A DNA stretch of 64,000 nucleotides from Thermoplasmata archaeon (GCA_041489255.1 JBGPQV010000002.1:160001-224000), one strand, 5' to 3'; positions 8,889-19,474 are shown, counted from the stretch's first letter. Numbers and translations are program-made. Notes: generated by a model not told the origin, from the letters alone.

Positions 8889-10635
8889 GCTTCATCACCT
8901 CCTTGATCTTCGAGACGATGTGGCGGGGCTCGAAAGGCTCGCCGTCGTACTTGCGCAGGTGATGGTTCATCTCGATGCTCGTCTCCGCCCTCAATAGGCG
9001 GGCGAACTGCCCTGTGTGGTTGCCCTCCACCGCCATCGTCGAGCTCGCGCTCTTCAGAATCTTCTTCGTTTCGTCCGAGTGGAACGGGAAGACGTAGCAG
9101 TATTCGAGCGAGTTGACCTTTACGCGGTTCTCCGCGTTCACCCTTGAGATCGCCTCTCTAAGAGCGCCTTGAGTGGCCCCCCAGCTCACAAGGGTGAGGT
9201 CCGCCCTCTCCGGCCCCCAGAGCTCCGGTCCGGGAGTGTCCTTGATGATGCCCTCGAGCTTCCTCATGCGCTTGTCGTGCATCTTCACCCTTCCCTTGAG
9301 GGAATCTGGCATTCCCGCCAAGACGTCGCTGATGAGCGTCCCGTCCTCCAGGTGCTCGTCGCTGCCTGCGATGTGCTCGAATCCCTTCTGGCCGGGGAAG
9401 GCGCGCGGAGAGACTCCGGAGTCGGTAACGAGGTACCTCTTGAATTCCTCGGGCTTCGATTCGTCCGCGATCATTCCGCGGTTGATTGGAACGTTGAAAT
9501 CGAATGTGCTGACCGTGCCGTAGCTCTCACTCAGCACAAGGTCCGTCATCAGGATGATCGGTGTCTGATAGACATCCGCCAGGTTGAACGCTTTCACCGT
9601 CGTGTCGAAGCATTCCTGCTGGTTCCTGGGGGCGATTATCGCGCGTGGCCAGTCCCCCTGCCCCGCGCCCATCGCGAGGTTCAGATCGCCCTGCTCGGTC
9701 TTCGTCGGGAGACCGGTGGAAGGCCCGCCGCGCTGTGCGAGCACTACGACCACAGGGACCTCCAGCATTCCCGCCAGTCCGAGCCCTTCGACCATCAGCG
9801 AGAAGCCGCCGCCTGAAGTCGCCGTCATGGCCCTGACTCCGCCCAATCCGGCGCCAATCGCCATATTGATGGAGGCCAGCTCATCCTCCGACTGCTTGAC
9901 CACCACGCCGTTCTTCGGCCCGTGGGCGGCAAGGTAATGGAGGATGCTGGACGATGGTGTCATCGGATATTGGGCGTGGAACTTCACTCCGGAAGCGAGC
10001 GCCCCCATCGCGATGGCTTCATTGCCGGTCACGAGCATACGCCGCTGCTTCGTATACCTGACCGAGTGCTGGAAGCTCCCTTTCCCCTTCGCGACGAAAT
10101 CGTGACCCGCCTTCGCCGCTCCGACGTTGGCGTCGATCACATCCTGCTTCTTAGCACCGAACTGGCTCTTGACGACGCTGACGAAGATGTCGAAGTCCAT
10201 GTCCAGGAGGCCCACGGCCGCGCCCAAGGCCACGGTGTTCTTCATGATCTGCGCAGTGCTGTAGGTACGAGACAATTCCAGAAGAGGGATCTCAACGAGA
10301 GTCACGCCTTTCTTGAGTTCGTTCTTCTCGACCTTCACGGCGTTCGAATCGACGATTATCGCGCCGCCCTCCGTCACATTCTTCGCGTGCAAGTCAGCGG
10401 TGTCCTGATTCAGGCAGATCAGGACATCGGGGTCCTCGCCATGGCAGCTAACCGGGGACTCGCTGGCCCGAACCTGGGTCCAGACGTGCCCTCCACGAAT
10501 TATGGACTGATAGAACGAATAGGTTGAGACGAAGAGGCCGCTCCTCGTGCAGGCCCTCGAAAACGTCTCTGCGCTCGAGGCGACCCCGTCGCCAGCCGCC
10601 CCGCCGATGCGGAATGATACCTCGCCTTTCTTCAT
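8881..10635 (-). CDS. korA: 2-oxoacid:ferredoxin oxidoreductase alpha subunit (gamma-alpha fusion)
   Basis: GGAAGDGV, YQSIIRGGH, YPMTPSS, EDELAS, TSGGGFSLM, QRGGPSTGLPT..EQGD. Confidence 0.93.
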   Translation of the reverse strand: MKKGEVSFRIGGAAGDGVASSAETFSRACTRSGLFVSTYSFYQSIIRGGHVWTQVRASESPVSCHGEDPDVLICLNQDTADLHAKNVTEGGAIIVDSNAVKVEKNELKKGVTLVEIPLLELSRTYSTAQIMKNTVALGAAVGLLDMDFDIFVSVVKSQFGAKKQDVIDANVGAAKAGHDFVAKGKGSFQHSVRYTKQRRMLVTGNEAIAMGALASGVKFHAQYPMTPSSSILHYLAAHGPKNGVVVKQSEDELASINMAIGAGLGGVRAMTATSGGGFSLMVEGLGLAGMLEVPVVVVLAQRGGPSTGLPTKTEQGDLNLAMGAGQGDWPRAIIAPRNQQECFDTTVKAFNLADVYQTPIILMTDLVLSESYGTVSTFDFNVPINRGMIADESKPEEFKRYLVTDSGVSPRAFPGQKGFEHIAGSDEHLEDGTLISDVLAGMPDSLKGRVKMHDKRMRKLEGIIKDTPGPELWGPERADLTLVSWGATQGALREAISRVNAENRVKVNSLEYCYVFPFHSDETKKILKSASSTMAVEGNHTGQFARLLRAETSIEMNHHLRKYDGEPFEPRHIVSKIKEVMKLA

Positions 10636-10777
10636 AGAGTGCCTCCTGATTCATCGACTGCTTGACCCGTTTCAAAGGCAAGGAAACTTAAATAGTTTCA
10701 CAATGGCGCGTCTCCATAACGCGAAGCCTTATGTCATGAATGGCGATTCGGTCGGCCGAAAAGAAGGAGGTTCAAAG

Positions 10778-11173
10778 ATGTCTCCAAAGAGCGCCCCCAG
10801 AATCGAAGGATACTACACGCCCCTCGGTCCATACTCGCACGTGGTCGCCGCCAACGGCTTCATTTTCCTCTCAGCACAGACCCCCCTGAAACCCGATGGC
10901 TCGTCGAAGGAGTTCATCGGCTCAGATGTCAAGGAGCAGACCCGCCAGGTCCTGTCCAACGTGAAGATGCTGCTGGAGAAGGCGGGCAGCTCCCTGGAAG
11001 ATGTGGTGAAGGTCACGGTGTACCTGACCAATCCGAAGGACTCGGGTGCCATGAACGAAGTCTATAGAGAGTTCTTCCCGAAAAACCCGCCCGTGAGATC
11101 CCTCGCCAGAATCGGATTGGAGCCGCCGGGCCTCTTGGTCGCGGTGGACGTCATCGCGGTCCAGAAGAAGTGA
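10778..11173 (+). CDS. RidA/YjgF family enamine deaminase
   Basis: GPYSH, SAQ.P, QTRQVL.N, VVKVTVYL, MNEVY.EFF...PP.R; AGGAGG before ATG 10778. Confidence 0.9.
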   Translation: MSPKSAPRIEGYYTPLGPYSHVVAANGFIFLSAQTPLKPDGSSKEFIGSDVKEQTRQVLSNVKMLLEKAGSSLEDVVKVTVYLTNPKDSGAMNEVYREFFPKNPPVRSLARIGLEPPGLLVAVDVIAVQKK

Positions 11174-11407
11174 TCAGAAGGCCATCCTCGCGAGCGTCTT
11201 CGTGGCCTTGATGCCCTCTATCGCCCGGACTTTGGAGACCACGATCTCGCCTATCTTGTCGTAGGTCTCCGCCTCGACCTTGGCGATCAGGTCGTACTCG
11301 CCGAAGAGCGGGTAGAGCTCCACCACCTCTTCGATCTTGAGGAGACGCTGGTAGACGTCTCTCTCCATGGAGGGCTCCACGCTTATGAGCACGAATCCTA
11401 CCGCCAA
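11174..11407 (-). CDS. Stand-alone Lrp/AsnC ligand-binding (RAM) domain protein
   Basis: GFVLISVEP...LYPLFGEYDLIAKVE...IEGIKATKTL; probable TTG start at 11407. Confidence 0.88.
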   Translation of the reverse strand: MAVGFVLISVEPSMERDVYQRLLKIEEVVELYPLFGEYDLIAKVEAETYDKIGEIVVSKVRAIEGIKATKTLARMAF

Positions 11408-11522
11408 ATCGTCACCGAATTTTGCGGATGCGTGGGCCGTAGTTAAGGTTGTCGGTATGGTTCCGATATGCGCTACCATAATATTCAGCCGGGGCTGGCG
11501 AGGTCTGACGTTGCGGTAGTCA

Positions 11523-13184
11523 TCAGCTTGTGTTGAATTCCTGACTGTACGTTGCGTAGCCCCAGAGCACGCTGATTTCGACCTTGTAGTTCGTCTGCGG
11601 ATTCCCGTGGAGTATGAAATAATCGCCAGAAGAAAGGAATCCATTTGCATCGCCGTCTATGAAGGTCAGGTTCCCGCCTGGGAAGTAGTAGATAGATCCG
11701 TTGACCAAGGCGCGGCTATCGAGGACCAGGGTCGAGTTTTCCCGGAGGGACACGTTGAGATGCTTGCTCAGGTTGAGCTCCTGATGCCACCAGGGCACGC
11801 TCACGTTTATCGTCAATGGCATCTGCGTATCTTTGGCTGTGAGACGAACACGAGGAATGTTGCCAATTATATGGCCATAGCCGGCAATCCATGTTGCGTC
11901 AATCGTCCATCCTCCATTGAGCTGGATTCCGAAAGATATTCCCGTCCTGTTTGCGATGCCGCCGATCGTGAAGCGGTCGCCTGCGTTGAGCATCCCGTTT
12001 CCATCAACGTCAGAGTAGCCTATCGTGACTCCATCAGTTGTAGTCACGGGCAAATCCGCCATCCGGCCCTGGAGTATTGTATCGTTTCCCGCCGAGTGAA
12101 AAGTGAAATTCATCTGGGAGAGCGGGAAATCTCCGGTGTGTCCGTGCTGCACTACTTCAATCGTCGAGGTGACATTCAGTCCGATTTGATCTCCAACGTG
12201 GCGAAGGTGCAATGTGCTGGAGTCACCATCAATGACCAATTGATATGGACCACGGTCATGATTCAGGACATACTTGATTCCGCAAATGTAGCCACAGTCT
12301 CTCATGCCGCCGCCAAACGACCATAGATAGGTCTGAAACCCGAGGCCGCTCATCTCGTCAAGATGCAAGCTGAACTGATCGCCGTCGTCGAGCAGGTTGT
12401 TGCCATTCAAGTCGAAATAGCGTATCGTCCCGTTCCGAGATGTCCCGTTCTTCAATGATTGCATCTCGTCCACGACTGGCATGCCCCAATATCCGCCTGA
12501 CAACGATACATATTCGATAGCCGCGATTATGATCCAAGTGGCAGCCGAATCGATCAATGGGGCAGCCGAATCGATCAATGGTATGCCCTGTAGATACGCC
12601 GGGATTTCATAGACTGCCTTGGTCAATGTGACATTCACAAGATTTATGGGGTATCCATCGCCGTCTCGCGTGAGCACCGTATAGGACATCCATCCCGTCT
12701 CGTTCCGTTCCCCAGGCATGAGGTAAACCCCCATCACATATGAGACCGCATCCATGACTACTCCAATCGACTGGAAGACCATTGGAGTCGGACAAATGAA
12801 TTCCTCTGCCCAGACGCCTTGCACGTTGTTGAAATCATGGGGCGTGAAATGGAGGGTCGTTCTGAATCGTTCTCCGACGGCGTACTGCTTATTGATATCT
12901 CCGCGGACTAGACCAGAATCATTGCCACATAAAGCGAATTGACCGTTGAGCTGCACGTACACCTCGCGGCCATAGGTCGTGTTGAAGTAGTTGACTTGCG
13001 TGATTATCCCTTCAACGTCTCTCACCTCACCGAGCTTCCAGTGCTCATGGAGGATAACCTCGTCCGCAGTGTATGGTCTGTAATAGATATGCCATAGGCC
13101 GTAGGATGCACTCGACACGATGGTGAATGCGACTAGAACGGCAATGTCCGCGCCCCACCGTCCAATCCGCAACCTATTCTTCAC
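11523..13184 (-). CDS. Membrane-anchored extracellular glycoprotein with DxDGNG Ca-binding-like loops
   Basis: N-terminal TM, many N-x-T/S sequons, three D.(N/D)..G.L..GD.F motifs; GTG start at about 13184. Confidence 0.75.
   Translation of the reverse strand: MKNRLRIGRWGADIAVLVAFTIVSSASYGLWHIYYRPYTADEVILHEHWKLGEVRDVEGIITQVNYFNTTYGREVYVQLNGQFALCGNDSGLVRGDINKQYAVGERFRTTLHFTPHDFNNVQGVWAEEFICPTPMVFQSIGVVMDAVSYVMGVYLMPGERNETGWMSYTVLTRDGDGYPINLVNVTLTKAVYEIPAYLQGIPLIDSAAPLIDSAATWIIIAAIEYVSLSGGYWGMPVVDEMQSLKNGTSRNGTIRYFDLNGNNLLDDGDQFSLHLDEMSGLGFQTYLWSFGGGMRDCGYICGIKYVLNHDRGPYQLVIDGDSSTLHLRHVGDQIGLNVTSTIEVVQHGHTGDFPLSQMNFTFHSAGNDTILQGRMADLPVTTTDGVTIGYSDVDGNGMLNAGDRFTIGGIANRTGISFGIQLNGGWTIDATWIAGYGHIIGNIPRVRLTAKDTQMPLTINVSVPWWHQELNLSKHLNVSLRENSTLVLDSRALVNGSIYYFPGGNLTFIDGDANGFLSSGDYFILHGNPQTNYKVEISVLWGYATYSQEFNTS
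12540..12581. repeat. Perfect 21-bp tandem duplication inside a CDS
   Basis: GGCAGCCGAATCGATCAATGG x2, encoding PLIDSAA-PLIDSAA. Confidence 0.95.
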
Positions 13185-13322
13185 CAGATACGATGATAAC
13201 CAATCGTCACCCTTAAAACTATTCTTGGGGCGAATGGCAGCCGTGTCAAGAATGATTATCACGGAAGACAACGCGGGAGCAACCATGAATACCTTGCACG
13301 CCAATAATCATGGTTCAAGACG

Positions 13323-13793
13323 ATGAGAAAAGAGACGCGCCACAAGAGATGCATGCAGAGCTGCGTCCCCTATCCGTTTGAAACGCTGAGACGCTGCTAC
13401 GTCACGTTGTTCGGCGGCGTCTCACCCGACCTGCAGGCATATCAGGTCGGAATCAATAGAGAGGCGCTCGCCGGCAACACAGAACTGGACGCCCTTGACA
13501 GGGTGGCGGTTGGTATCCTAGGCGAAGGTCGCACGCGCCCCTTCTTCATGGAGAGGCTCTACGACGTCACGGCTCTCGACGCCACGACGCCAGACGCGAT
13601 CGCGAAATCGGCATTCGGCGAGGCGGTGTTCTCGGTCGAGCTGGACATGGGAAGAAGGCCGTTCGACTCCCTCAGGGAAGGCCGTATGATCGTCCTCAGC
13701 GCGGTCTTGGCCGACCCTGAGGCGGAAGGCATGGGATGGCGGCTGGACCTGCTCGCCAAGGCCCTCCGCGAACTCCGCATACTCGAATCCTAG
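13323..13793 (+). CDS. Hypothetical protein
   Basis: 156-aa ORF with host-like codon usage; start uncertain. Confidence 0.55.
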   Translation: MRKETRHKRCMQSCVPYPFETLRRCYVTLFGGVSPDLQAYQVGINREALAGNTELDALDRVAVGILGEGRTRPFFMERLYDVTALDATTPDAIAKSAFGEAVFSVELDMGRRPFDSLREGRMIVLSAVLADPEAEGMGWRLDLLAKALRELRILES

Positions 13794-13847
13794 ACTCCGC
13801 GCGATTTCTGAAAAACCTTATCTCACACTCCCTTCTACTGATTGCCG

Positions 13848-14438
13848 ATGCGCATCGGAGTCGTTGGTCTGCAGGGAGACGTCAGCGAGCATGTCGAGGC
13901 GGTCAAGCTCGCGTTGAAGAAATCGGGTCGGCATGGCGACGTGATCCTCCTCCGTCGACCTGAGGACCTGGAGAAGGCCGACGCCGCCACGATTCCCGGC
14001 GGGGAGAGCACGACGATTTCGAAGCTGCTGATCAAGTCGGGTCTCTTCGAGCCGCTCAGGCGCAGAGGAAAGGAGGGCATGCCGATACTGGGCACCTGCG
14101 CGGGCTGCATCCTTCTTTCGAAGGAAGCGGGGAATCAGGCTGAGAAGACGAAGACCACCTTGCTTGCCCTGATGGATATGGAGGTCGACCGCAACGCTTT
14201 CGGGCGGCAGAAGGAGAGCTTCGAGGCCCCACTGACCATCGAGGGACTTGACGGGCCGTTCAAGGGGGTCTTCATCAGGGCCCCCGCCATCGTGAAGGTC
14301 TGGGGCGAATGCAGGGATCTGGCCAGGTTCGGCGACTCGATCGTGCTGGCCAGACAGGGAAACCTTGTGGGCGCCGCGTTCCATCCGGAGCTCGGCGGGG
14401 ACACGAGGTTCCATGAATGGTTCCTTAGCCTGATCTAG
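13848..14438 (+). CDS. pdxT: Pyridoxal 5'-phosphate synthase glutaminase subunit
   Basis: LQGD..EH, PGGESTT, GTCAG, RNAFGRQ.ESFE, FIRAP, FHPEL. Confidence 0.95.
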   Translation: MRIGVVGLQGDVSEHVEAVKLALKKSGRHGDVILLRRPEDLEKADAATIPGGESTTISKLLIKSGLFEPLRRRGKEGMPILGTCAGCILLSKEAGNQAEKTKTTLLALMDMEVDRNAFGRQKESFEAPLTIEGLDGPFKGVFIRAPAIVKVWGECRDLARFGDSIVLARQGNLVGAAFHPELGGDTRFHEWFLSLI

Positions 14439-16267
14439 GGGATCAGGAACAATGCCAGCAGGGAGAGCGCCACCGCCAGTGAGACGCTCAGGGCCAGGGC
14501 GGGCTTGAGGATGGCCACCGTGAGATTGATTCCTGTGGTCAACCTTGCAGAAGACTCAGGACCGAAGATACTCAGGTCGTCGATATGGCCCGTGGCGGCT
14601 GCTGACTGCGAGAATGACAAGTCCCGGACCGCAAGATCGGTCAATTCCTTCGCCTTATCGATGAGGCTGGTCCGGTCCATCTTCACACCGACGGGGTTGA
14701 AGCCGCCCATGGTCATGTTCACCGCGTGATCATCCGAGGTGAGGACCTCGGCGATGTCGACCATGCCCTTGACGGCCGCGATGATCTCCTCTCTCAGGCC
14801 GCAGACCATGTTGTTTCCGTCGAAGAGGATGTAGGCGGTCTTTTGGCCTCCAGCCTCGACGACGAGCACCTGTATCCCCAAGGGGCCGAGGCCGTCATCC
14901 GGATTGCCGGTGTACGGCATCGAAGCGTAACCTATGCCGATCGTGTCGAAACGAAGGCCCTTGGCAGACTCCACCGCCTTTCTTGACGCGGCGATGATGT
15001 CGTGCGACGCGCGGCTCCCGAAGTGCGTGAGGCCGCTGCCGACCTCCATGCAGTTATGCGCGTCCACGAAGATCGCGTCGGCGGCCCCGGCGGCCTTCGC
15101 CTCTTGGCGGGCGGCGTGGCCTGTCGCCGAGTCGATGTCGTCAGTCGGGTTCGGAGCGAGCGAGCAGAGTATCAGGGCGGTCTCTCCGAAGAACTGCGCC
15201 ATGGCGGTGGCCTTCCCGACGGTCGCCGTCGCCGACCTCGTGCCGCCGTGAAGCGACTTCGCTCCTTCGATGAGCCCCCTCACCTTGTCCCCGATCCTCC
15301 TGCACTCCGCCAGCGTCGAGATGTTCTGGTCGTGGGTGCAGGGTCCCTTGGGAACCATGACCGCAGGCGACAGTTCGAAGAGATAGTGCGCGAGCTTGCG
15401 CGGCAGGTCGCTCCCGCCAAGGGTGCCGAGCGGCCCGGGATGGGCAGACGGCACGATTATCACCGCCTTCATCCTCGAGGCAGAGGCGAACGCGATCGCG
15501 CCGACGTGCACCTGCGCGGGCATCGAGATGGACTGGAAGAAGCCCTCGACCTTGTCCTGCGAGGCCGAGCCTCTCTCGGTCATGTGATCCAGGAACTGGC
15601 TCATGAGCCAGAGGCCGTCGTAGCCGAAGCTCCTCCTCATCGGCCTGTTGGCGAGCTCTGCGAAGAGCATCGAGCTGCCGAGGAAGAATAGGAAGACGAG
15701 CACGGCGAAAGCCAAATCCCCGACGGTGAACGGCATCACGAGGGGCGTGAGCAGATACGCGGCCAGGGTCTGAATCGACGAGGGGAGCAGCGACCTGGAC
15801 GTCCTGCTCTCCGAGGTAGCGAGCATCACCAGATGCCTCAGCCACAGGGGGACCCCCCACGCTAGGATAGTCAGACGCTGCGGAGAGAGACTGCCGGAGA
15901 TCGAGGGCGCCGCAAGTCTCACAATAGCCTCGATCCCCCGCGACGCAGCTGCCACTCCGACCGCGAATGCAAGACCGGCGAGCGCGAGGAGCGCGGTCCG
16001 CCTGAAATATGTCCTGCCCCCGAAGAACTCTGCCAGAGGCTTCGTGAGAAAGGCGGCCAAGAGCGTCGGGATGCCGAAGAGTGCTGTCGAGTAGGCCACA
16101 ATCCACCAGTCGAGTCTGGGCGCTGCGACCAGGAACCCCCCGACGATCAAGAGGATGATGCAGGGTATTATCGTCACGCGCGGCGGCGGGGCCCAGAAGA
16201 GCCTCGATGTGACGCTCGTCGCATCGGAGTGATATTCCTGGGCCGTCTTCGGTTTCGCCGACGCCAT
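14435..16267 (-). CDS. DUF2070 family membrane protein (neutral-ceramidase-like fold predicted)
   Basis: Multi-TM N-terminus; HPGP.G..GGS.LP, THD.N, DAHNC, DGNNM..GLR, TSDDH motifs. Confidence 0.85.
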   Translation of the reverse strand: MASAKPKTAQEYHSDATSVTSRLFWAPPPRVTIIPCIILLIVGGFLVAAPRLDWWIVAYSTALFGIPTLLAAFLTKPLAEFFGGRTYFRRTALLALAGLAFAVGVAAASRGIEAIVRLAAPSISGSLSPQRLTILAWGVPLWLRHLVMLATSESRTSRSLLPSSIQTLAAYLLTPLVMPFTVGDLAFAVLVFLFFLGSSMLFAELANRPMRRSFGYDGLWLMSQFLDHMTERGSASQDKVEGFFQSISMPAQVHVGAIAFASASRMKAVIIVPSAHPGPLGTLGGSDLPRKLAHYLFELSPAVMVPKGPCTHDQNISTLAECRRIGDKVRGLIEGAKSLHGGTRSATATVGKATAMAQFFGETALILCSLAPNPTDDIDSATGHAARQEAKAAGAADAIFVDAHNCMEVGSGLTHFGSRASHDIIAASRKAVESAKGLRFDTIGIGYASMPYTGNPDDGLGPLGIQVLVVEAGGQKTAYILFDGNNMVCGLREEIIAAVKGMVDIAEVLTSDDHAVNMTMGGFNPVGVKMDRTSLIDKAKELTDLAVRDLSFSQSAAATGHIDDLSIFGPESSARLTTGINLTVAILKPALALSVSLAVALSLLALFLIP

Positions 16268-16268
16268 G

Positions 16269-17006
16269 TCAGTGCCCCTTCACCGCCTCCACTATGCGCC
16301 GGAGAACGGAGAAGTCGCCAGCCTCCTCGAGGATCGTGCCGGTCACAACGATGTCGGCTCCCGCCGCGGCGATAGCCTTCGCGGCCTTTGACGTCCTGAT
16401 ACCGCCGCCGACCACGAGCGGGATGCTTATCTCCTTCTTCACCGCCCTGATCATCTTCGGCGAGACCGGGAAAGGTGCTCCGGAGCCCGCCTCGAGGTAC
16501 ACGAGGTCCATGCCGAGGAACTGCGCGGCCAGCGCATACTGGACCGCCATGTCGGGGTCGTCCCTCGGAATCAGCTCGGCCCTCCCAACTTCCCCCGCCC
16601 TCATGCCTGGCCAGACCAGGAGGTAGCCCATCGATATGGTCTCGAGGCCCCATCGCTTGATCGTCCTGGAGGCTCGCCTTTGCTCGCCGACCACCATCCT
16701 CACATCATTCGAGTTGAGGAGGCTCATGAAGTAGACCGCGTCCGCGTACTTGCTCAGCCCCTCCTTGCTCGAAGGGAACAGGATCACTGGAACCGACGTC
16801 CTCGCCTTCATTGCCTTGATGGTCGCGTCGACCTTCTGGCGGGTGACGCCCGTCGAGCCGCCGATCATGATGGCATCGGTCCCGGCCTTGCAGGCGTGCA
16901 CCGCCAGCGAGGCGGTCGCCTTCGGCGGCTGCTTGTCGGGGTCGAGGAGGGTCATGTGGACCTTCTCCTCCCTCAGTGTCTCTTTAAGATTCTCGAGGAC
17001 CTTCAT
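16269..17006 (-). CDS. Geranylgeranylglyceryl phosphate synthase (GGGPS)
   Basis: HMTLLDPDKQ, IMIGGST, PVILFP, SLLNS, YLEAGSGA, VGGGIR; ATG overlaps the upstream stop (ATGA). Confidence 0.95.
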   Translation of the reverse strand: MKVLENLKETLREEKVHMTLLDPDKQPPKATASLAVHACKAGTDAIMIGGSTGVTRQKVDATIKAMKARTSVPVILFPSSKEGLSKYADAVYFMSLLNSNDVRMVVGEQRRASRTIKRWGLETISMGYLLVWPGMRAGEVGRAELIPRDDPDMAVQYALAAQFLGMDLVYLEAGSGAPFPVSPKMIRAVKKEISIPLVVGGGIRTSKAAKAIAAAGADIVVTGTILEEAGDFSVLRRIVEAVKGH

Positions 17007-17848
17007 AAGGCGCCTCCGACTAAGAAAGCGAACAGGGCAGCCACCATGCCGTACTTCGCGGCCCTGCTCGCCAGCGTCGGGTTTGCCGTTGAAATCCAAG
17101 CACAATAGATAAAGATGCCGTCTGCCAAGGTGACGACTGCTAGGTACGGCGCCCCTAGGACGTTCGTGACGAATGGCAATGGACTCAAGGCCACTCCGAA
17201 GACGAAGGCGGCGGATGCCATGAATCCGGCCTTATCAACTCCGATAACCATCGGCAGGGTCCTCCTGTCCACATCACCCGCCACATCCTCGATGTCCTTC
17301 ACTATCTCCCGCCCGAGAGTTGCAAGGAAGGCCAGAAGACCCATCCACGAGACCCTCGACAGAGCCTGCATGGACCCATTGTAAGCTGCTGCGCCGCCGA
17401 AGATGAACAGCGACGCGACCAGCCAACCTATGATCACATTGCCGCTCGACCCCTTCCTCTTGAAGCGCACTTCATAGGAGACCATTGCTGCCAGATCGAT
17501 GACGACGATAAGGAGGGCCAACCAACCCGCCAGGATACTGAGAGCCAGGGCGGTCACGAACAGTATGGCAGCGAACCTCAAAGCTCCGGGTGCGGAGACT
17601 CTGCCGGATGGAATCGGCCTTGCGGGATGATTTATCTTGTCGACCTCGCGGTCATAGTAGTCGTTCAGGGCGTTCCCCGCCCCGGTGAACAGGGCGCCGA
17701 CGACTGTCGCAACGGCGACCTGGATGGCGCTCCCGCCAAGGCCCGCGAAACCCACCGCAACGATGGCTCCAACCAATATCGCGGCGGCGGCTATGCAGCA
17801 GTTCAGTGGCCTTAGGAGGACAATGTACCCCCGCATTGAGGTCCGCAT
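17003..17848 (-). CDS. Digeranylgeranylglyceryl phosphate synthase (DGGGPS, UbiA family)
   Basis: RPLN, NDYYDREVDKINHP.RPIPSG, REIVKDIEDVAGD, multiple TMs. Confidence 0.93.
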   Translation of the reverse strand: MRTSMRGYIVLLRPLNCCIAAAAILVGAIVAVGFAGLGGSAIQVAVATVVGALFTGAGNALNDYYDREVDKINHPARPIPSGRVSAPGALRFAAILFVTALALSILAGWLALLIVVIDLAAMVSYEVRFKRKGSSGNVIIGWLVASLFIFGGAAAYNGSMQALSRVSWMGLLAFLATLGREIVKDIEDVAGDVDRRTLPMVIGVDKAGFMASAAFVFGVALSPLPFVTNVLGAPYLAVVTLADGIFIYCAWISTANPTLASRAAKYGMVAALFAFLVGGAL

Positions 17849-18042
17849 GATTGACCCGCCATATTATACTTTTAGAGAATACGAATTCGTGCGACTGGCC
17901 ATACTTGCTGGCTCGATACATTTTTATGCGTTGACTTTCATATCATTTAGGCCACCTACCATCGACGCATCCCCTCGCTTGGCCAAGGTTGAGTGAGGCG
18001 CGTCCATCGACGGGGTAGGGCACGGGGCAGGAAGGGCGGAGC

Positions 18043-19338
18043 GTGGCCGCGACAACGAAGAAGCACTTCGGTTTCTGGGGCGCCAAGACTCAGGCGATGG
18101 ATTCTCTCGCAAGAGCCGAGGGCCTCCTTGAGATGATGAAACTCTCCAGGGCGGATTTCGCGACCCCTCAGATGCTTCTCGAGGAAGCGAGGACTCTCCT
18201 GGCGCTCAAGGATTACCGCAAGTCCCTAGAGGCCGCGGAGCAGGCGGAAAGGCTCGCCGAGATCATCGAGGAGAGATACCGTGCCGCCAGGAAGGCCATG
18301 GGCATCCTCAAGTCTGAGATCAAACAGCTCGAGGAACTCGGTCTCAACGCGAGCGAAGCCCAAGCGGCTCTCGACCTCGCCAAGGAACGCATCATACAGG
18401 GGACGCTCGAGAACGGCATCAGGATACCCAATTACCTCGATGCGAGGTTGACCGCGGAGGATGCGGCAAAGCAGGCCAGAGGAATCATCATCAAAGCGAG
18501 GGAGGCCTCGGATGCTGTGTTTACCGCGCAGCTCGCGCTCGACGCATTGAGGGACATGGAAGGGCCGGTCACCCAGGAGCTGATGGACACGGTCGTCATG
18601 GCGCCGATGGACGACATGATGCAGAGGTCCACGGAACTAATCGCGAAGGGGGAAATGGAGGAGGCAATCGTTCTCGCGACCCAGGCCGAGGAGAAGGCGA
18701 ACGGGATCCGCGTGGACTACATGGAGTGCATGAGGAGCCTGGAGTCTTGTCAGGGCATCCTCAAGAACCTCACCGCCGAGGGCGTGGCGGTCGGCAGGGC
18801 AACACAGCTGCTCGATGGCGGGAGGAGCCTGCTCCTGACGGCGAAGGTCACCGGCGCACGGGATGCGATTTCCAGGGCTGAGAAGGAAGCGCTGACCGTC
18901 AGCAACCAGTACCGCAAGGCAGTCGCCTCGATAGAGAGCGCGGAGCAGGCCCTGAGGGAAGTGTCCAGAACGGGGATGGTGGACGCCGAAGCAGAGAAAA
19001 GGCTTAACGGGGCAAAGAAAGCCCTGGCGGACGGCAAGTACCTAAGGGCGCTCGACCTGGCCGATGACTGCAGGAAGAGTGCGAGCAAGAAAGTCGATGT
19101 CCACGAGGGCCTGGCGAAGAGCCTCCACGAAATGAGACAGAACCTGGAGAACCTCAAGCAAGAAGGGGTGCCCTTCGCGGACGATGTAGAAGAGATCTTG
19201 AGCAGGGCGGAGAGGGAGTACGAGGAGGGCGACTACGCAGGCTGCGGCAAGGACATGAAAATCGCATCGGTGCTTCTAGGCACGAGCGGTTCATCCGGCA
19301 AGGTCCCGCTGTACTTGATTAGAGAGAAGCGAGACTGA
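18043..19338 (+). CDS. All-alpha helical-repeat hypothetical protein
   Basis: Recurrent A..LL..A...L..G.Y..A helical units; no catalytic motif seen. Confidence 0.75.
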   Translation: MAATTKKHFGFWGAKTQAMDSLARAEGLLEMMKLSRADFATPQMLLEEARTLLALKDYRKSLEAAEQAERLAEIIEERYRAARKAMGILKSEIKQLEELGLNASEAQAALDLAKERIIQGTLENGIRIPNYLDARLTAEDAAKQARGIIIKAREASDAVFTAQLALDALRDMEGPVTQELMDTVVMAPMDDMMQRSTELIAKGEMEEAIVLATQAEEKANGIRVDYMECMRSLESCQGILKNLTAEGVAVGRATQLLDGGRSLLLTAKVTGARDAISRAEKEALTVSNQYRKAVASIESAEQALREVSRTGMVDAEAEKRLNGAKKALADGKYLRALDLADDCRKSASKKVDVHEGLAKSLHEMRQNLENLKQEGVPFADDVEEILSRAEREYEEGDYAGCGKDMKIASVLLGTSGSSGKVPLYLIREKRD

Positions 19339-19474
19339 GAGAGACGGCGTTTGTCGGCGTCATCCTGCGACGCGCTCAACGCGGCATCTCCTCCATTGCG
19401 GAATACTGTGCCACCTCGCAAGGTTGAAATAGTAATGGGTTCTTAGGCTCATCTCCAGTGCAGAGGACTCTCTG

